Virus record (IMG/VR): IMGVR_UViG_3300021167_000098 | Location: 1-64,000 of that record | Strand: one strand, 5' to 3' | Length of the DNA stretch: 64,000 nt | Source: a virus | Lineage: Duplodnaviria; Caudoviricetes | Shown: positions 9,495 to 19,238 of the stretch, piece by piece | Position numbering within the stretch: the stretch's first letter is position 1 | Layout of the letters: each line of letters begins with the position of its first letter | The notes under the pieces: model-generated | What the model saw: only the letters and a program-made list of their open reading frames with translations | The model's database searches: none | What the model was told of the DNA's origin: nothing | Position numbers and translations under genes: made by a program

Positions 9495-10781
9495 ATGAAA
9501 GAATTTAAAGATATAAATGGACATGAATTAGTAGATGGTAAATGGTATTGTGGAATAACTGGAATTGAATTTACTAAATTTAAAAAGTTAAATTCAGAAG
9601 GTAGTAATATTCATTTTTATGAATACATAACAAATGGTAGGCATGATAATGGTGGTAGTGGTAGACATGGTTCATTTTATGGTTTTTTTGATAAAATGTA
9701 TCCAGCTAATTATGATGATTATTCTAAGTATTTACCAAAAGGACATCTTGATTTAAAACCAAAAGAATTAAAAGATAATTTAAAAGTAGGTACATGGTAT
9801 TTTCATGGAATATTAGATAATAATAAACCTAGTTATTTAGGGAAGTTTCTTAGAATAGATGATCAAAATCAATTTCAAGCTTCTGAATATACTTTTAGTA
9901 GTGGGTCTAGTTATCATACTGATTTTATTAAAAATCGTTGGACAACTTGTTTATGGAAAGATAATCTAAGAGAAGCTACTCAAGAAGAATTAAATTCTAT
10001 ACTTCCAGAAGGACATCCTGATAGATCAGATAATATTCCTGAAGCTAAATTTAAAGTAGGAGATATTGTTGATTTAAATAGTGCTTATCTGCTCTCTAAT
10101 GGAGGAACATCAGAAAGTTATCCCTTACAAGGTGTTTTTGATTTAAAATGTTTAGCTAGAAGTAAAAAAGCTAAAATACGCAAAGTCTTTTATAATAAAG
10201 AACATCAAAGATATTGGTATGATACTGATTATTGCAGTAATCATGTATTAGAAGGACCTGAAATTACATTACATGGAGAAGTTGTTGCATCAGGAACATT
10301 ACCAGAATTAACAGAAGATAATATAAGAGATTATCATGGTTATGAAATAGAGTTTGAATATCTTAATAAATATACTGGAAAATTAAGTATTGAACAAGGA
10401 AGAATATTTCTTTTAGAAAATGAACATGGACATAATAATGGACATAAATTATTTAGAGATGAATATAAATATAGTGTTGTACTTGATATATCAAATAGTA
10501 ATATCAAACAACATAAGATTAAATTAATCAAATTTGATAAATTTATTCCTTCTTATTATACACCAACACCTGAATTATATTCTGCAATAAAAGATGAAGA
10601 GATTAGATTACACAAAGTACCTAACTCAAACATACAGATAAGAACAATTAATATACCAACAGTTGAAATACAAAGAGTTGATTTAAAACAACAAAATCAA
10701 TTAAGAATACAAATACCAGAGGTTAAACCTCAAAGCATCCAAAGAGTAATAATTAATAACAAACATTTAAAATTAAATTAA
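9495..10781 (+). CDS. hypothetical protein with tandem ~85-aa repeats
   Basis: 428 aa; two units G[KT]WY...KF...EY...LP[KE]GH[LP]D. Confidence 0.75.
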   Translation: MKEFKDINGHELVDGKWYCGITGIEFTKFKKLNSEGSNIHFYEYITNGRHDNGGSGRHGSFYGFFDKMYPANYDDYSKYLPKGHLDLKPKELKDNLKVGTWYFHGILDNNKPSYLGKFLRIDDQNQFQASEYTFSSGSSYHTDFIKNRWTTCLWKDNLREATQEELNSILPEGHPDRSDNIPEAKFKVGDIVDLNSAYLLSNGGTSESYPLQGVFDLKCLARSKKAKIRKVFYNKEHQRYWYDTDYCSNHVLEGPEITLHGEVVASGTLPELTEDNIRDYHGYEIEFEYLNKYTGKLSIEQGRIFLLENEHGHNNGHKLFRDEYKYSVVLDISNSNIKQHKIKLIKFDKFIPSYYTPTPELYSAIKDEEIRLHKVPNSNIQIRTINIPTVEIQRVDLKQQNQLRIQIPEVKPQSIQRVIINNKHLKLN

Positions 10782-10783
10782 AC

Positions 10784-11161
10784 ATGGCTAAGGCTAAAAC
10801 AACAAACAACACGTACAGAGGATTAGTAACAAGATCAAAAGAAGAGATTGATGGAGATCAGTTAGAAATTAACATTCAACATGCAGAGAATGATTTAGAA
10901 ATTGGCATAAATAATATTTATGGTCAAGTAATAACTGCTGAGGGTAATCTTAAGAAGAACAGAAGTAAGATAACAAGAGCTGAACAATCTTTAAATGATG
11001 CTAAAGCTGCTTTTCCACTAAATGTTCAAAACATCTTAGATAGAAGAACAGAGTTGTTACAAGAAAGAGCTAATATTGAAGCTGAAGAAGCTAGATTAAC
11101 AGCTATTAAGGAAACTCATCAATATCTTTTAGATTTGAAAACAGAGTTGTTCCCTTCATAA
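10784..11161 (+). CDS. coiled-coil hypothetical protein
   Basis: 125 aa heptad-rich ORF. Confidence 0.75.
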   Translation: MAKAKTTNNTYRGLVTRSKEEIDGDQLEINIQHAENDLEIGINNIYGQVITAEGNLKKNRSKITRAEQSLNDAKAAFPLNVQNILDRRTELLQERANIEAEEARLTAIKETHQYLLDLKTELFPS

Positions 11162-11188
11162 AAACTTGTTTTTTATGTTAATAATTGT

Positions 11189-11221
11189 AGAAAGGATACT
11201 GTCATGGTATCCTTTCTTTTT
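11189..11221 (+). terminator. intrinsic terminator
   Basis: agaaaggatac-tgtcatg-gtatcctttct hairpin plus T tract. Confidence 0.8.
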
Positions 11222-11235
11222 AAAAAGAAAATATT

Positions 11236-11451
11236 ATGAATGATAGACATATTTATGAAGGTTGGACAGTACAATCATTTATTGATGAATTAGAACCACA
11301 ATTCAATATGATAAATCAAAACTCCAGTTGGCAGAAAGGATTTGAATCATATGATGATTTAAAAAAATGGTGTAAAGATAACCAACCTTATTATAAGAAA
11401 CATATACCAGAAGTATATAACCATTTTAAGAAGAAAGTAAAGTTATTATGA
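11236..11451 (+). CDS. hypothetical protein
   Basis: 71 aa ORF, ATGA overlap with the next gene. Confidence 0.7.
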   Translation: MNDRHIYEGWTVQSFIDELEPQFNMINQNSSWQKGFESYDDLKKWCKDNQPYYKKHIPEVYNHFKKKVKLL

Positions 11452-12170
11452 GTTATAAAACATACCTTACAGGAGGTGCGGTAAGGGATCAATTACTAGG
11501 ATTAAAGTCTAAAGACTTAGATTATGTATTTGTTTTTGATAATCCAAAACAATTTACATCAGCAGAAGAAGCATTTCAAGAAATGGAAAGAATAATAATA
11601 GCAGATGGAGGAGAAATATATTTATCAACTCCAGATTGTTATACTATTAGATATAAGGATGGTGTTACAGGAGAAGCTAAAGATATAGTACTTGCAAGAA
11701 AAGAAACTTCTTATATTCCAGGCACAAGAAAACCAGTTGTAGAACTTGGTACATTGTGGGATGACCAGGTTAGAAGAGATTTTACTTTAAATAGTATGGC
11801 TATGGATAAGAATGGTAAAATAGTAGACCCTTTTAATGGACAAGATCATTTAAATCAAAAAATATTATATACTCCATTGGATGCTGATATAACCTTTAAT
11901 GATGACCCATTAAGATGCTTACGTGGAATTAGATTTTCTATTACAAAAGATTTTAGAATGTGTTCTGATATATTGGAAGTTATTCATACCTTTGATTATG
12001 AAAGTAAGTTTTCTGTAGTTTCAGAAGAAAGAATAAGAGAAGAATTATATAAGTGTTTCAAACATGATACTTATAAAACATTAACATTATTAGCTTCTTT
12101 TCCCAAGTTAGAGAATTATATATTTACTAAAACAAATCTTTGGTTAATGCCAACATTAAAAGAAAAATAA
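11448..12170 (+). CDS. cca: class II tRNA nucleotidyltransferase (CCA-adding/poly(A) polymerase family)
   Basis: GGAVRD, KDLD, DQVRRDFTLN, DPFNG, FNDDPLRCLRGIRF, VSEERIREEL. Confidence 0.9.
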   Translation: MSYKTYLTGGAVRDQLLGLKSKDLDYVFVFDNPKQFTSAEEAFQEMERIIIADGGEIYLSTPDCYTIRYKDGVTGEAKDIVLARKETSYIPGTRKPVVELGTLWDDQVRRDFTLNSMAMDKNGKIVDPFNGQDHLNQKILYTPLDADITFNDDPLRCLRGIRFSITKDFRMCSDILEVIHTFDYESKFSVVSEERIREELYKCFKHDTYKTLTLLASFPKLENYIFTKTNLWLMPTLKEK

Positions 12171-12469
12171 TGAATAAAGTAAGGACATTAAAAGAACTTC
12201 TTGATAAGTTACTTAATGAAGCAAAAACTACTCCTTATGATGGTATTTGTAGGTTAATGTATGAATTATACCACAAAAACATGGATGAATATAAGATAAT
12301 AGCAGATTTAATTGTAGATGCTGATCCAAATCATTCTAAACTTAAAATTGAAATTCCAGATAAATTCAAACATATTCCATATAAAGATTATTACTTTCCA
12401 AAAGGAGATTGGGTAATAAGAATTGAATACTTAGAATGGTTAATTAGTAACTTAGATAAATTAAAATAA
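12170..12469 (+). CDS. hypothetical protein
   Basis: ATG at 12170 in a TAATG overlap is preferred to the TTG at 12140. Confidence 0.65.
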   Translation: MNKVRTLKELLDKLLNEAKTTPYDGICRLMYELYHKNMDEYKIIADLIVDADPNHSKLKIEIPDKFKHIPYKDYYFPKGDWVIRIEYLEWLISNLDKLK

Positions 12470-12726
12470 TGCAAGAAACAGAAGACATAGAACACATTGA
12501 GGAAGTTGTAGAAACTCCTAAACCTCCAACCAGACAGGAAATTAAAGATACTAATAGATTTAGTAGAATGCACTTTAGAGTAAGTAATTATCTATATTTA
12601 AACCAAAGATCCTTTCAAGAAGAATATATATTAATATATAATAAAGAAAGTAAATTATCAAGAGTTGAAAGAGATTATGTAATACATGTAGTTGAACAAT
12701 CAATGCAGTTAAATGAAGAGGAATGA
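12469..12726 (+). CDS. hypothetical protein
   Basis: 85 aa, TAATG coupling. Confidence 0.7.
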   Translation: MQETEDIEHIEEVVETPKPPTRQEIKDTNRFSRMHFRVSNYLYLNQRSFQEEYILIYNKESKLSRVERDYVIHVVEQSMQLNEEE

Positions 12727-12971
12727 ATACAGATGATAATTTAACATTTGAAGAGTTTCTATATAAACTACCAACACAAGTTCTTACTTATGAACTAAAA
12801 GATGAGATATTAGATCAGTTTCAAATAGAATTAGATAGTTTGGAAAGATTTGAGTTAATAGATATGTTAGCAATGACTTATGAAAATCTTGTTAATAAGC
12901 ATAAGTTTGAATACTTAATAAGTAAGATAGATGATTATAGTTTAGAACAATTAAAAGAGAAATTAGGATGA
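12723..12971 (+). CDS. hypothetical acidic protein
   Basis: 82 aa, ATGA coupling. Confidence 0.7.
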   Translation: MNTDDNLTFEEFLYKLPTQVLTYELKDEILDQFQIELDSLERFELIDMLAMTYENLVNKHKFEYLISKIDDYSLEQLKEKLG

Positions 12972-14050
12972 TTGATTTATTAAGAACTCAAAAGGGAAGT
13001 ACTGTTTATGGTACTACAGTACCAAACAGTGATATAGATTACTTTGGTTTATATAAATATCCAGTTGATACTTATTTAGGAATGAATCATGATAGACAAA
13101 TAGACATTAGTGCAGATGATGTGTCTATGGAGATAGGAAGATATTGTCAACTTTTATTGAAGGGCAGTCCAGTACAAATAGAAACATTATTTACACCAGA
13201 GAAATACTTTCTATTCAAAGATAAATCTTTAGATATATTGTTTGATAATAAGAACATGTTTTTAACCAAGAAATTAAAAAACAGTTATACTGGATTTATA
13301 CATTCTCAGTTATCTAAAGCTAAGAACATTACCAAAAGATTAGATTGGGAACAGAATGAAGTAGAAAGAAAAGATGTATTAGATTTTTGCACTGTATTAG
13401 GAGCAAATGGTAAAACTAAAAGATTTAAGGAATTCTTTGGCAATAGTTATAATAGTTACATAGAATTTAAAGATTTTATGAATGATAAAAGTAAAATACC
13501 TACTATTACTCATATAACACATCAACATTTAGGATTAGCTAAAGCTGATGCTATGGATACTTACACTATGTATTGGTTAAAAGAAGGTGGAGGTGGAATA
13601 GTAGATGATAATTCTAATGATGTACAATTAAGAAGTATTCCTAAAGATGCTCCTTTTATGTGCTATCTTCATGTTAATTTAAATGCTTATAGCCAACATT
13701 GTAAAAAATATAAAGACTATACATCCTGGTTAGCTAATAGAAATCCTGAAAGATATCAAGCTATTAAAGATACTGGTTCTATTGTAGATCTTAAATTCTT
13801 CTATCATACTATTAGATTACTTAATACAACAGTAGAGATATTTGCAGATAATGAATTGGTGGTTGATAGAAGAGGTAGAGATGCTGATTATTTAATTAAA
13901 ATCAGAGAAGGTAAAGTATCATTAGAGGAATTAAATGAAAAAGCTGAAAAAGGATTACTTTTAATAGAAGAATTATATCAGAAATCAACACTTCCAGAAG
14001 AAGTAGATTACAATCTGGTAGATGAACTCTGTAAGAAATTAAGAGGATGA
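12968..14050 (+). CDS. pol-beta-like nucleotidyltransferase (RlaP/YcgL/T4 NrdC.11-like)
   Basis: GSTVYGT...SDIDY.G, E....QLLLKGSP..IE.LF, K...HTIRLL, LIKIREG. Confidence 0.85.
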   Translation: MIDLLRTQKGSTVYGTTVPNSDIDYFGLYKYPVDTYLGMNHDRQIDISADDVSMEIGRYCQLLLKGSPVQIETLFTPEKYFLFKDKSLDILFDNKNMFLTKKLKNSYTGFIHSQLSKAKNITKRLDWEQNEVERKDVLDFCTVLGANGKTKRFKEFFGNSYNSYIEFKDFMNDKSKIPTITHITHQHLGLAKADAMDTYTMYWLKEGGGGIVDDNSNDVQLRSIPKDAPFMCYLHVNLNAYSQHCKKYKDYTSWLANRNPERYQAIKDTGSIVDLKFFYHTIRLLNTTVEIFADNELVVDRRGRDADYLIKIREGKVSLEELNEKAEKGLLLIEELYQKSTLPEEVDYNLVDELCKKLRG

Positions 14051-14214
14051 AAAAGTTGTATCAATATGTTGTCTACTGGACCAATAATAAAGAAATTAGA
14101 AAATGGAAATGTTGTGAATCAGAAGAAAAAGCATTGAGATTACAAATGATATTAGAAAAACAAGGAATTGTTTCATTTATTGCTAAAGATATAAAACAAT
14201 ATTATGGACATTAA
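14047..14214 (+). CDS. small hypothetical protein (55 aa)
   Basis: ATGA overlap at 14047, TAA 14212-14214; not in the ORF track. Confidence 0.6.
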   Translation: MKKLYQYVVYWTNNKEIRKWKCCESEEKALRLQMILEKQGIVSFIAKDIKQYYGH

Positions 14215-14223
14215 AACATTAAA

Positions 14224-15267
14224 ATGACAACATTATATAAAATAGATTCAAAAGGAAAGAAAAGATTTCTTACCATATCTACTGAAGGTTCTGATTTAAT
14301 ACAGGAATCTGGATTAATAGATGGTAAATCAATTACTCATAGAAAAACTTGTAGTGGTAAAAATATTGGTAAGTCTAATGAAACTTCTCCTGCAAGACAG
14401 GCTATATCAGAAATGGAATCTAAGATTACTGAGAAATTAACTGAAGGATATTCTAGAACATTAGAAGAATTAATTACTAATGATACTGTATTACCAATGT
14501 TAGCAAAAGAGTATAATAAAGAAAAGAAAAAAGTAGATTGGAATACAGCATATGTGCAAAGGAAATATGATGGAATGAGGTGTTTAAAGACAGGAGATAG
14601 AATGATCTCAAGAACTAATAAAGTTATTGATACAGTCCCTCATATTATGAGTTTATTACCTGGATTATTAAATACTTTTGATGGAGAACTTTATGCTCAT
14701 GGATTAAATTTCCAGGAGAATATGAGATTAATTAAGAAGTACAGACCTGGACAAACAGAAGCTATTAAATATCATGTATATGATTTAGTAATTCCTAATA
14801 TGTCATTTTCTCAGAGATATGCATTATTACAACTTGCAGCTAAAGATATTGAACATATTGAAATAGTAGAAACATTTAAGGTTAATTCTGAAAAAGAGTT
14901 AATACAATATCATCAACAGTTTTTAGCTGAAGGTTTTGAAGGAACAATGCTTAGATGGGGAACTGAAGGTTATAAAATAAATGGAAGAAGTTCTAACTTA
15001 CTTAAATACAAAGACTTCCAAGATATACAATTAGTTATTGAGGATATTGAACCAGCTGAATCAAGACCTGAATGGGGAGTACCTGTATTCTCTATTAATG
15101 GTAAGAAGTTTAGAGCTGGAATGAAGTTCTCACATGAAGAAAGAAAAGAAATATTAACTAACAAACAAGACTATATTGGAACTATGGCAGAAATCAGATA
15201 TTTTGAGAAATCAGAAGATGGTATTCCCCGTTTTCCCGTGATGGTAGGTATAAGACTAGATTCATGA
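14224..15267 (+). CDS. ATP-dependent DNA ligase with WGR-like N-terminal domain
   Basis: PMLA, KYDG, DGELY, EGTMLR, LLKYK, PRFP. Confidence 0.93.
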   Translation: MTTLYKIDSKGKKRFLTISTEGSDLIQESGLIDGKSITHRKTCSGKNIGKSNETSPARQAISEMESKITEKLTEGYSRTLEELITNDTVLPMLAKEYNKEKKKVDWNTAYVQRKYDGMRCLKTGDRMISRTNKVIDTVPHIMSLLPGLLNTFDGELYAHGLNFQENMRLIKKYRPGQTEAIKYHVYDLVIPNMSFSQRYALLQLAAKDIEHIEIVETFKVNSEKELIQYHQQFLAEGFEGTMLRWGTEGYKINGRSSNLLKYKDFQDIQLVIEDIEPAESRPEWGVPVFSINGKKFRAGMKFSHEERKEILTNKQDYIGTMAEIRYFEKSEDGIPRFPVMVGIRLDS

Positions 15268-15587
15268 TACAAACATTTGAATTAAATAGTAAAGTAATAT
15301 TAATATCTGGTATAGATCCAGTAATAGAATACTTTGTACTTAAATTTGATAAACCAAATAGTTTATGGTATAAAGTAGCTAATGGTGAAATATCCATTAC
15401 TACTTTACCAGAAGGTCAATGGAAAATAATAGATAGATTAAGAAACTTAGATGTATCCACTGATGAAAAGTTTCAAAGAATAGAAGCTTTCAGAAAGAAA
15501 GTAAAAGAACTAACTAAATTAATGAATGAACCAACAGTGGAAAATGTAATTAAATTTGAAAATTTACTAATAATGGAAAAGAAATGA
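15264..15587 (+). CDS. hypothetical protein
   Basis: 107 aa, ATGA coupling. Confidence 0.7.
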   Translation: MIQTFELNSKVILISGIDPVIEYFVLKFDKPNSLWYKVANGEISITTLPEGQWKIIDRLRNLDVSTDEKFQRIEAFRKKVKELTKLMNEPTVENVIKFENLLIMEKK

Positions 15588-15979
15588 ATATAAAAACACA
15601 TATTAAAGCTTTATTAAGTACAATATTTGCTATATTTTTAATACATTGTATCTATATTACATTAACTGAAAAGTTTGTTAAAAAATATGATGATTGTGGT
15701 ATAATTAAATCTAAATCTAATGATGAAGTAGTTATAAAATATGGAACAAGAACAGAATTATATTTAAATGTACAGTTTGAAAAGACTGGATTTAAGTCTG
15801 TTAATGTTGAACCAACTACTTATTTTTCAAAAACAGTTGGACAAGAAGTATGTTTTGAGTTAAATGCTAATGAAAGTGCAGCTACTAGTATTAAATGGTT
15901 AATAGGAATAATAACATTAATAATAATTGGAATAGGAATACTTATGTTCTTTATTGACTGGTTATTTGAATTTGATTAA
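15584..15979 (+). CDS. putative membrane protein
   Basis: Hydrophobic helices at both termini. Confidence 0.7.
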   Translation: MNIKTHIKALLSTIFAIFLIHCIYITLTEKFVKKYDDCGIIKSKSNDEVVIKYGTRTELYLNVQFEKTGFKSVNVEPTTYFSKTVGQEVCFELNANESAATSIKWLIGIITLIIIGIGILMFFIDWLFEFD

Positions 15980-15989
15980 AATATAAAAT

Positions 15990-16907
15990 ATGATATTAGG
16001 AATAAGTGGAAAGATAGGTAGTGGGAAAGATACAGTAGGTAAAATAATACAATATTTAACACATACATCTGTTAAAGAACACAATTTAACTTATGATGAA
16101 TTTATAAATCTTGGTTTTGAAGAAGATGCATTTGACTGGAAAATAAAGAAGTTTGCTGACAAGCTTAAAGACATTGTATGTTTATTAATAGGATGTACAA
16201 GAGAGCAGCTTGAAGATAGAGAGTTTAAAGAAACTCCATTAGGACCTGAATGGGTTATTAATAGAGTTAAGATTGGAGTTAAAGGAGATAAATTTGGTAT
16301 AAAAGGATTTCATAATACTCATACATTAGAAAAGATATTTTTATCTATTGAAGAAGCTCAGGATTTTGTTAAAGAATTTTATGATAAATCTTTTTCAAGA
16401 GAACAGGAACAAATGACTCCAAGATTAATGATGCAATTACTTGGTACTGAAGCAGGTAGACAAATAATACATCCTAATATCTGGGTCAATGCTTTAATGG
16501 CTGATTATAAAGGACTTCCTGCTACAATTATAGATAAGGAATGTCCAAGACAAGGTATTTATGATGTAACAGAAGAAGATGAACTGATTTATGGAACAAT
16601 AGGTAATTTATATCCTAATTGGATTATCACAGATTGCAGATTTCCTAATGAACTTAAAGCAATTAAAGATAAAGGAGGAATAACAATAAGAGTTAATAGG
16701 CCTTATGAAATAGTAGATAATACAATAAAAGATGGTAGATTTACAGCTATTCCTTTAACTGATGCTCAAATGTTTAGTGAAACACATCCATCAGAAACAA
16801 GTCTAGATTCAGCTGAATTTGATTATACTATTTGGAATAATGAAGGAATACCAGAATTAATAGAAGAAGTTAAATTGATTTTACAAAAAGAAAAAATAAT
16901 TATATGA
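15990..16907 (+). CDS. deoxynucleoside monophosphate kinase (T4 gp1-like)
   Basis: GKIGSGKDT, FADKLK, TPRLMMQLLGTE.GR, ITDCRFPNE, HPSE. Confidence 0.9.
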   Translation: MILGISGKIGSGKDTVGKIIQYLTHTSVKEHNLTYDEFINLGFEEDAFDWKIKKFADKLKDIVCLLIGCTREQLEDREFKETPLGPEWVINRVKIGVKGDKFGIKGFHNTHTLEKIFLSIEEAQDFVKEFYDKSFSREQEQMTPRLMMQLLGTEAGRQIIHPNIWVNALMADYKGLPATIIDKECPRQGIYDVTEEDELIYGTIGNLYPNWIITDCRFPNELKAIKDKGGITIRVNRPYEIVDNTIKDGRFTAIPLTDAQMFSETHPSETSLDSAEFDYTIWNNEGIPELIEEVKLILQKEKIII

Positions 16908-17506
16908 TAATACAATATGATGATTGGAAGGAAAAATATATTCCTATTGAAAATGAATTAGTTGATGATTCTCCTTATAGTAAAACAATGTTTGAAACCT
17001 ATGGGAAAGAAATTGAATTTGTATTAACATACAAACATGAAAATATCTGGACATTAATAGATGGAGATCAAAATAATTCATGGATTGTACCTGGTTATCA
17101 TATGGTTAATATTTTAGGATATTTCATTACTAAAACTCCTTGGACAGATGAAGACATATTAGTGAATGATAATGAGCTAATTAATGTTAATAAATGTTCT
17201 AAGATAGGACTTGATTTTATAAGAGAGCATTTAAATATACATGAAACTTCTATAAAAGAGAGTTTTAGACTGTCACAAAAAGCAATTGCTTTCTATTTAG
17301 CTGAATATGCAGATGATGGAGGAATGCATGGTAATATTACCACTCATGACCTAGAATCTATTATCACAGAATATATAGAAGACACATTGAAAATTGAACA
17401 AGATGTTTTCAGTGATGCTTTAGCTGACTTTATTTCTTCACCAAAAGTAACAGATGAAATATATAATCATACTGATCCTCCTTTTACTACCATTACTATT
17501 AAATAA
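16904..17506 (+). CDS. hypothetical protein
   Basis: 200 aa; FETYG...IWTL.DGD...G...VN..GYFIT phage-type N-terminal domain. Confidence 0.7.
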   Translation: MIIQYDDWKEKYIPIENELVDDSPYSKTMFETYGKEIEFVLTYKHENIWTLIDGDQNNSWIVPGYHMVNILGYFITKTPWTDEDILVNDNELINVNKCSKIGLDFIREHLNIHETSIKESFRLSQKAIAFYLAEYADDGGMHGNITTHDLESIITEYIEDTLKIEQDVFSDALADFISSPKVTDEIYNHTDPPFTTITIK

Positions 17507-17864
17507 TGCAAATAGTCAAATAATAGTTATTTTACCTTCAGAAGTTAAAATAAAGCTGTTAGCAAGACTATTGGAGTCTGAATGTTCTATCTGTCCAGTA
17601 TCAGAGAAAAAGCTTGTAGGAGCTACTGTATTGAATAGAATAGGACATTCAGATTTTCCTGATAATATGCAAGATGTAATTAATCAACCTAATCAATATG
17701 CTTTAAAGAAGATTAAACCTTCTAGTGAATCATTAAGAGTTGCTACTCAATTACTTATAAATAATTATAGAAATAAGAAAGTATTATACTTTTATAAACC
17801 AGGACATGGATTTAAAAGAAAAAATATATTAATCAAAACAAAATATCATCATTATGCAACATGA
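17454..17864 (+). CDS. SleB/Hydrolase_2-family cell wall hydrolase with signal peptide
   Basis: LLARLLESE, VGATVLNR...FPD....VINQPNQY, LYFY; N-terminal hydrophobic segment. Confidence 0.82.
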   Translation: MKYIIILILLLLPLLLNNANSQIIVILPSEVKIKLLARLLESECSICPVSEKKLVGATVLNRIGHSDFPDNMQDVINQPNQYALKKIKPSSESLRVATQLLINNYRNKKVLYFYKPGHGFKRKNILIKTKYHHYAT

Positions 17865-18016
17865 TTATGAAAGATAATAAATTAAAACATAAGAACAAGA
17901 CAAGAATGATGAATCCTAATGGCGGTTATAAAAGACAGCAAGAAGAGCATAAGCTTGAAAAACATAAGGAAAAGTATAAATTCAATAAAAATAAGATAGA
18001 AGATGAAGAAGAATGA
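17861..18016 (+). CDS. small charged hypothetical protein (51 aa)
   Basis: ATGA overlap at 17861, TGA 18014-18016; not in the ORF track. Confidence 0.5.
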   Translation: MIMKDNKLKHKNKTRMMNPNGGYKRQQEEHKLEKHKEKYKFNKNKIEDEEE

Positions 18017-18290
18017 GTATCAAATATGGGTTGGTTACTATCATATGGGGCAAGGTTCATCACCTTCAACAGAACCAATGCTATTAGCTAATGAAGTAGC
18101 TGTAGATTTCAAAACAGCTTGTATAAAGTATGAACTAAAAAGTAAATTGGAAAGAATAGAAGAAGGTGAAAAATTAGGTAATTTAAATAACCAGGATTAT
18201 CCTTGGTGGTTTAATGAAAACTTAATCTCTAATAGTTGGTGGGGAAAATATTATCAAACAAAAGAAGAAGCTCAAGCTTCATTTAAATAA
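18003..18290 (+). CDS. hypothetical protein
   Basis: 95 aa ORF in operon context. Confidence 0.7.
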   Translation: MKKNEYQIWVGYYHMGQGSSPSTEPMLLANEVAVDFKTACIKYELKSKLERIEEGEKLGNLNNQDYPWWFNENLISNSWWGKYYQTKEEAQASFK

Positions 18291-18295
18291 ATAAA

Positions 18296-18562
18296 ATGAA
18301 AAATAGTGAAGAATTAGCAGAAGAATATTATGATGAAATGGCTAATCATTTACATTGTGTAAAAGATCTTGCTAAATTGTTAAGAGATTTTGCTACATAT
18401 CATGTAACTGAAGCTTTAAAAATAGTTATTGATAGAGTTGAAATAGACTCTGATAGTGGTAGTTATTATAGTAGAGAATTACAAGAAGCAATAAGAAATA
18501 GGACTGTTTGGGTTCCAGCAAATTCAATAACTAATGCTTATCCACTAACAAATATAGAATAA
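18296..18562 (+). CDS. hypothetical protein
   Basis: 88 aa ORF in operon context. Confidence 0.7.
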   Translation: MKNSEELAEEYYDEMANHLHCVKDLAKLLRDFATYHVTEALKIVIDRVEIDSDSGSYYSRELQEAIRNRTVWVPANSITNAYPLTNIE

Positions 18563-19236
18563 TGAAGACATTTCTCATCTCTGATACACATAATTATCAT
18601 AGACAAGTTATAATTCCAGAAGGTACAGAATGTATAATACATTCAGGTGATAGTACTAATTGGTATGATTGGGTTAGAAATCAACCAGAATTTGAAGATT
18701 TCTTAGATTGGTTTACTAACATTGATGTTAAATATAAAGTATTAATTCCTGGTAATCATGATGCCTGGGCAACTAAAACATATAATGTAGATAAAGTAAG
18801 AGAAAGAGGTATTATATTTAATGAGCATGGTTATGAAGTAGTAAATGGAAAATTAATGTTTCTTAGTGCTTATACTCCTACATTTGGAGATTGGCATTTT
18901 ATGAAAGCAAGGCATAAAATAAGTGATTGTTGGGAAGAACTAGATCAAGGTATTGAAGTATTAGTAACACATGGGCCTCCTTATTCCATATTAGATTTAT
19001 CTTATAATAGAGCTAATCAATTAGAGTTTTGTGGAGATAAATCCTTACTTAGAAAAATCCAGAAAACAAATCCTAAAATTCATACATTTGGACATATCCA
19101 CTCAATGGATGGAATTAATAATTATGGTATGAGAACAATATCAGAAATTAATACAATATTCTATAACTCATCTATGGTTCATGATAATAATATGGAAGCA
19201 GGAATAATGAATAAAGGACATATAATAAATATATAA
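18562..19236 (+). CDS. calcineurin-like metallophosphoesterase
   Basis: SDTH, HSGD, GNHD, THGPP, FGHIH. Confidence 0.9.
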   Translation: MKTFLISDTHNYHRQVIIPEGTECIIHSGDSTNWYDWVRNQPEFEDFLDWFTNIDVKYKVLIPGNHDAWATKTYNVDKVRERGIIFNEHGYEVVNGKLMFLSAYTPTFGDWHFMKARHKISDCWEELDQGIEVLVTHGPPYSILDLSYNRANQLEFCGDKSLLRKIQKTNPKIHTFGHIHSMDGINNYGMRTISEINTIFYNSSMVHDNNMEAGIMNKGHIINI

Positions 19237-19238
19237 AA

